DNA from: Cyanophora paradoxa CCMP329 | Lineage: Eukaryota; Plantae; Glaucophyta | Assembly: GCA_004431415.1 (NCBI GenBank) | Contig: QPMI01000033.1 | Span: 1 to 64,000, forward strand | DNA length: 64,000 bases | Direction: 5' to 3' | Shown: positions 60,459 to 64,000 of the stretch, one piece after another | How positions within the stretch are numbered: the first letter of the stretch is position 1 | Layout of the letters: every line of letters begins with the position of its first letter | Position numbers and translations under genes: made by a program | The notes under the pieces: model-generated | What the model was told of the DNA's origin: nothing | Database searches by the model: none | Seen by the model: the letters and a program-made list of their open reading frames with translations, nothing else

Positions 60459-61198
60459 TTACTGCCCGAACCTTCCGAACTTGCGTAATTCGGCCTCGCC
60501 CTGTACCCAGTGGCTGGTGTCGTCCATCCATTCGCGTACCTCCCTCTGACGCTTGAGTGACTCACGCTGCTCGGGGGTAGGGGAGGGGGGGCCTTCGAGG
60601 CGGGGTGGGGAAGGGGGTACGGTGGCAAAATTCAGCCACTCGGGGGTATGCCGAATTCGCCGTGAACGATCCTCTGCGGTGTGAAATACCGGTCGCTGCT
60701 CACGGCCAAGTGGAAGAACGCGCTCCTGAGCCCGGAGAGGAAGCGTGGTTGCATGAATGGCTGCTGGAGGGACTCGTCGCGCCAGGGGGCTACGAAATCA
60801 ATGATACGCTGCTGTACCTGCGCGGGCAGGGCAAGGATCTGGCTCTTGCGGTTCGCAAAGGCCGTCCACAGCGCTTGCAGGTCGGCCCAATCGCCGTTCA
60901 GATCCCTGCGTTCGCGCCTCAGGTACGATCTCGGGTTCTCTGTCATACCCATCAAGCCCGCGGCCCTGATCATCTCCCTGTCCGGGAGCTCTCGCTCGTC
61001 GTGGAATTCGTCTCTAATCCAGCGCACAAGGTAGAGCACGCGCTCCATGAAGTTCTCCGCCGGCGAGCCGCCCCCTGAGGACGTGCGCCTCCCCTCCAGC
61101 ACTGCGTTCGCATCCTCCAAGTCCACGTTCCGCTGTCGAATCTCCCCGTCCAGGTCGCCGTTGTTGTACAGCACGTCGGACTCGCGTGTTCGCGCCAT
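60459..61198 (-). CDS. Unknown protein, paralog A (one frameshift at the G5 run 60642-60646)
   Basis: ORF 60632-61198 continues in another frame as PPEWLNF..GPPSPTPEQRESLKRQREVREWMDDTSHWVQGEAELRKFGRFGQ*, homologous to the C-terminus of paralog B. Confidence 0.65.
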
Positions 61199-61233
61199 GC
61201 TCGCGGCTCGGTGAGAATTTCTACCTGTACCCC

Positions 61234-61964
61234 CTACTCGCGGTCGGGGTATCGAGGGCCTGGCAGCCTCGCGCGCTTCCGCAGCTCGGCCTCGTCTGGC
61301 GACCAGCTCGTCGGATCATTGCTGTACTCCATCCACCTGCGAATCTGACCCTCCCGCAGTATCTCTTGGCGCTGCTCCGCCGTGGGCGCCGGTGGGCCGT
61401 ACGGTGGGCCGGCAGGCGTCAGTTTTCTATACTTGTATCTCTTGAACCGTTCTTCCATATTGTCTTGTTCTTCGTCCCATCCTTCAGGGATCAAATCCGA
61501 TGGGGGGACATAGGGTACCACCCATTCATCTTCCTTGTTTTTGGCGTGGTGAACGAAGCCTTGGAAGTAGTGCTTCAAAATATTGAGCGGGCGATTGATG
61601 ATCTCCGTGCGAGTGCCCGCATTCAGGAAGAGATCCAGTATAACTCTCTGAACGTCTTGGGGCAGGTAGGTCATGGGGCTCTTGCGCGAGCCGAACGCCC
61701 ACCAGAGCTTGCGAAGTTCATCGCGAACCCTGCCCATGTCGTCCCTGTGTTCGATTTCGTACACCGGCGGCTCATACGTTCGGATGTCTACCCTGGACCC
61801 GAGGCCTCTGCGTGCCACATCGCGCAAATACGTCGCAGCCATGCCCCGTCTCGCATTGTATTGGGGATCTCTTCTTTCACCCAGCCGATCAGCCCGTTTA
61901 CCTGCTTAGTGTAATCTCGGATGTACCCCGATAGCGGTGGGAGGGTAGTCTGATTATCAGACAT
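61234..61964 (-). CDS. Unknown protein, paralog B (one frameshift at the C4 run 61844-61847)
   Basis: Joining ORFs 61788-61976 and 61234-61842 gives a protein colinear with paralog A. Confidence 0.65.
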
Positions 61965-62014
61965 ATGCATTCGCACACATCAAGAAATTCTAAACGCTAC
62001 TGCGAGGCTAAGCT

Positions 62015-62680
62015 ATGCATACCGATACAGATTGCGAGACTTGCGAGAACTTACAACAGGGGAGCGCGGCGTGGCACGCGGCGCGCCGTGAAAAACTAAC
62101 TGCATCTAATTTTGCGGCTGCGTGCGGTATAAACCCCTGGAAATCCAGGGCCCGCCTGTGGGCGGAGCTAAGCGGGATAGCGGAGGAAAACAACTTTGAC
62201 AACCCTGCCCTAACCTACGGGCATGACTATGAGCCCTTCGCGGTCTCTCTCTACAAAACGTTGAACAATAACGTGGACGTGCAACATACTGGATTGCACG
62301 AACATAAGGAACTGCCCTTCCTGGCGGGGAGCCCGGACGGGCTAATCGGAAACGATCGCATACTCGAAATAAAATGTCCGTACAAACAAGAACTCTACGA
62401 CAAGGTTCCTACCTATTACATGACGCAGCTGCAAGGACTTTTAGACATAACGGGCCGCGAGTGGGCCGAACTTTTTTGCTTCACGCCTCTGCGCGTGCAA
62501 ACGTGGTACGTCAGACGGGACGAGAGGTACATCGAGCTCATGCGGCGGTGCTTACATCTATTTTGGTCGCACGTGAAGGCTGGAACTCCGCCCGAGCCCT
62601 ACAGCGATCGAATGAAGTCAGAGAACCTCAGCGAGGAGCAGGCGGCGCTGCGCGAGTTTAAGTCGTACGCCCTCCTCTAG
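62015..62680 (+). CDS. YqaJ-like viral recombinase / lambda-exonuclease family
   Basis: QGSAAWHAARREKLTAS, GHDYEPFA, LAGSPDGLIG, ILEIKCPY, YYMTQLQG: PD-(D/E)xK motifs of the family; intronless. Confidence 0.92.
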   Translation: MHTDTDCETCENLQQGSAAWHAARREKLTASNFAAACGINPWKSRARLWAELSGIAEENNFDNPALTYGHDYEPFAVSLYKTLNNNVDVQHTGLHEHKELPFLAGSPDGLIGNDRILEIKCPYKQELYDKVPTYYMTQLQGLLDITGREWAELFCFTPLRVQTWYVRRDERYIELMRRCLHLFWSHVKAGTPPEPYSDRMKSENLSEEQAALREFKSYALL

Positions 62681-62928
62681 TGTCCCGACCCTCTCAGATA
62701 TTAATTTAAAGATCTGGGAGGGTCGGGACACGTCTCTTGGTCAGACTACTTATGTACGCCCTCCTCTAGTGTCTCGACCCTCTCAGATATTAATTTAAAG
62801 ATCTGGGAGGGTCGGGACACGTCTCTTGGTCAGACTACTTATGTACGCCCTCCCTCCTCTAGTGTCCGGACCTTTCCAATAATCTATAAAGAAAGTAGGG
62901 AGGGTCCGGACACGTCTCTTGGTCGGAC
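62665..62928 (+). repeat. Three tandem 89-bp units, each containing a ~52-nt hairpin
   Basis: Units start at 62665, 62754 and 62843. Hairpin gtgtcccgaccctctcagat-loop-atctgggagggtcgggacac; the third copy is diverged. Confidence 0.92.
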
Positions 62929-63207
62929 TCACCGTAGCTTGGTGTAGCTCAGGCCCAGGCGGGGAAGGCGAGTCTGCAATGAATCAGACCCCACAGGATT
63001 TGGTTGAGCTGCTCTTTGCAGGGGGGCAGGAAGGCGGCCGCAGAGGGCTAGGGAGACTAGATCTAATTAGTAATCCCACACCGCGCATGTGCAAGCGACA
63101 GAGAACGAAGTGAGTAAATGCAGATCGATGATACGGCAATCATGAGTTGTTCAGAAAAGGTCGGGACACATAGAGAGTGCATGCCCTCACTCTCGTCCGC
63201 CCTCGCA

Positions 63208-63260
63208 ATGTCCCGACCCTCCCAGATCTTTAAATTAATATCTCAAAAGGTCGAGACATT
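63208..63260 (-). terminator. Inverted copy of the same hairpin, putative 3'-end signal of the minus-strand gene (half copy at about 63155-63178)
   Basis: Minus strand reads atgtctcgaccttttgagat-attaatttaaag-atctgggagggtcgggacat. Confidence 0.55.
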
Positions 63261-63359
63261 CATTGATCATATGCATGACGTCACTTGAATTCGCACGTTC
63301 GTATTTACACACTGGCACGCGCATCCCGTTCGCGAAGTCCACACTGTGACATCCGACAA

Positions 63360-64000
63360 TCACACGCGCCTGTGAATGAGAGCATAGCAGTCGGAGAAAA
63401 CGTTGTAAACCTCTGGGAAGCTTGGCGCCATGCCTGCCCTTGCCTGCTTAGCCTGGCGCTCTACTGCGTCGTCGAGCATGTCTTCCTCCCACGTGATGTA
63501 GCGTCGCTTTCGGCTGCCCATTTGCCCTCCGTCCGCGTCGGAGAAAGCGCGTCTCACTCCGAGGTACTTCTCCAGCAGGTACTTGATGACTTGCCAAGAC
63601 TGCTGCGAGAGCCGCTTCTTCTCACCGTCCGCTGCATCGAAGCGGGGCGCGCGCTCGTCCAGACTCTGCAGAGCCGCGTACGCCTCCCGACCCTCCGGCG
63701 ACGCCAGGGCCGCGTAGGCTTCGTCCGACCACAGAGCACGCCCGCGAGCTTTCCATACCCCCGCCAGCCGAAGAGTTTCTTGAACAGCGCGACGACCTTC
63801 GATACCTTGAGGCGCTCAGCAGTAGGCACGATCTCGGCAACGTCCGCGCCATGCTTCAGCACCAGCGTGACCACGGCAGTGAGCGGGATGGAGTAGAACG
63901 AATCCCACATCCAGGCGACGTCTCCTTCGGTCAGCTCGCTCGGATCCTTGGCCAGGAACGCGGCGATCGACGTGCGAGCAAGCGAAGCAACCTTCTCGAT
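63360..64000 (-). CDS. C-terminal part of an intronless protein entering from outside the window (frameshift at the C5 run 63758-63762)
   Basis: Open from the window edge (IEKVASLARTS..VVALFKKLFGWRG), then VWKARGRALWSDEAYAAL..QVIKYLLEKYLGV..HRRV*. Confidence 0.6.

Larger units (their letters stand above)
60214..64000. mobile_element. Virus-like / mobile intronless island, continuing beyond the window
   Basis: Visibly lower GC, no introns, compact ORFs, YqaJ nuclease, 3' hairpin repeats. Confidence 0.7.

Noticed and set aside
62665-62928. CRISPR-like array
   Set aside because: The sequences between hairpins are identical rather than unique spacers, the unit is a tandem 89-mer, and no cas genes are present.
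60642-63762. Programmed ribosomal frameshifting in the island genes
   Set aside because: All three shifts are single missing bases in G/C runs, as also seen in host genes (48267-48270, kinase 3' ends). Long-read homopolymer error or decay is simpler.
1-64000. tRNA or rRNA genes; prokaryotic origin of the window
   Set aside because: No RNA gene was recognisable by eye, and spliceosomal introns plus SNARE, UBX and INO80 genes show a eukaryotic nucleus.

Overview
Eukaryotic nuclear DNA, very GC-rich and gene-dense. Genes are split by many short (about 50-90 nt) introns with GTGCGC or GC donors, GCTGAC/GCTAAC branch sites and GCAG acceptors, so most long six-frame ORFs are artefacts. A plastid-type presequence starting MAF plus this intron style suggests a glaucophyte such as Cyanophora (inference). 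Host genes, reconstructed by manual splicing: a Q/P-rich winged-helix-like protein, a Macro-like/TIR fusion, a CA1Pase-like histidine phosphatase with RKG in place of RHG, CDC50, a secreted Cys-rich protein, INO80B, a bestrophin, a multi-GAF hybrid histidine kinase, an RHD3/Sey1-like GTPase, a membrane hybrid histidine kinase, an intronless F-box/LRR-like gene, a PAP2 phosphatase, a UBX protein, a syntaxin and PRPP synthetase. Accessory structure: a ~6.2 kb tandem duplication, one copy of which carries a 2.19 kb Helentron/Helitron2-like insertion whose empty site is visible in the other copy. Comparing duplicated copies also shows small insertions that create palindromes. The right end holds an apparently perfect 450-bp-arm fold-back followed by a lower-GC, intronless virus-like island (YqaJ exonuclease, two paralogous unknown ORFs, strand-specific 3' hairpins) that runs off the window. 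Several single-base frameshifts in G/C homopolymers are probably long-read errors. All family calls rest on motif recognition by eye, not on database searches.
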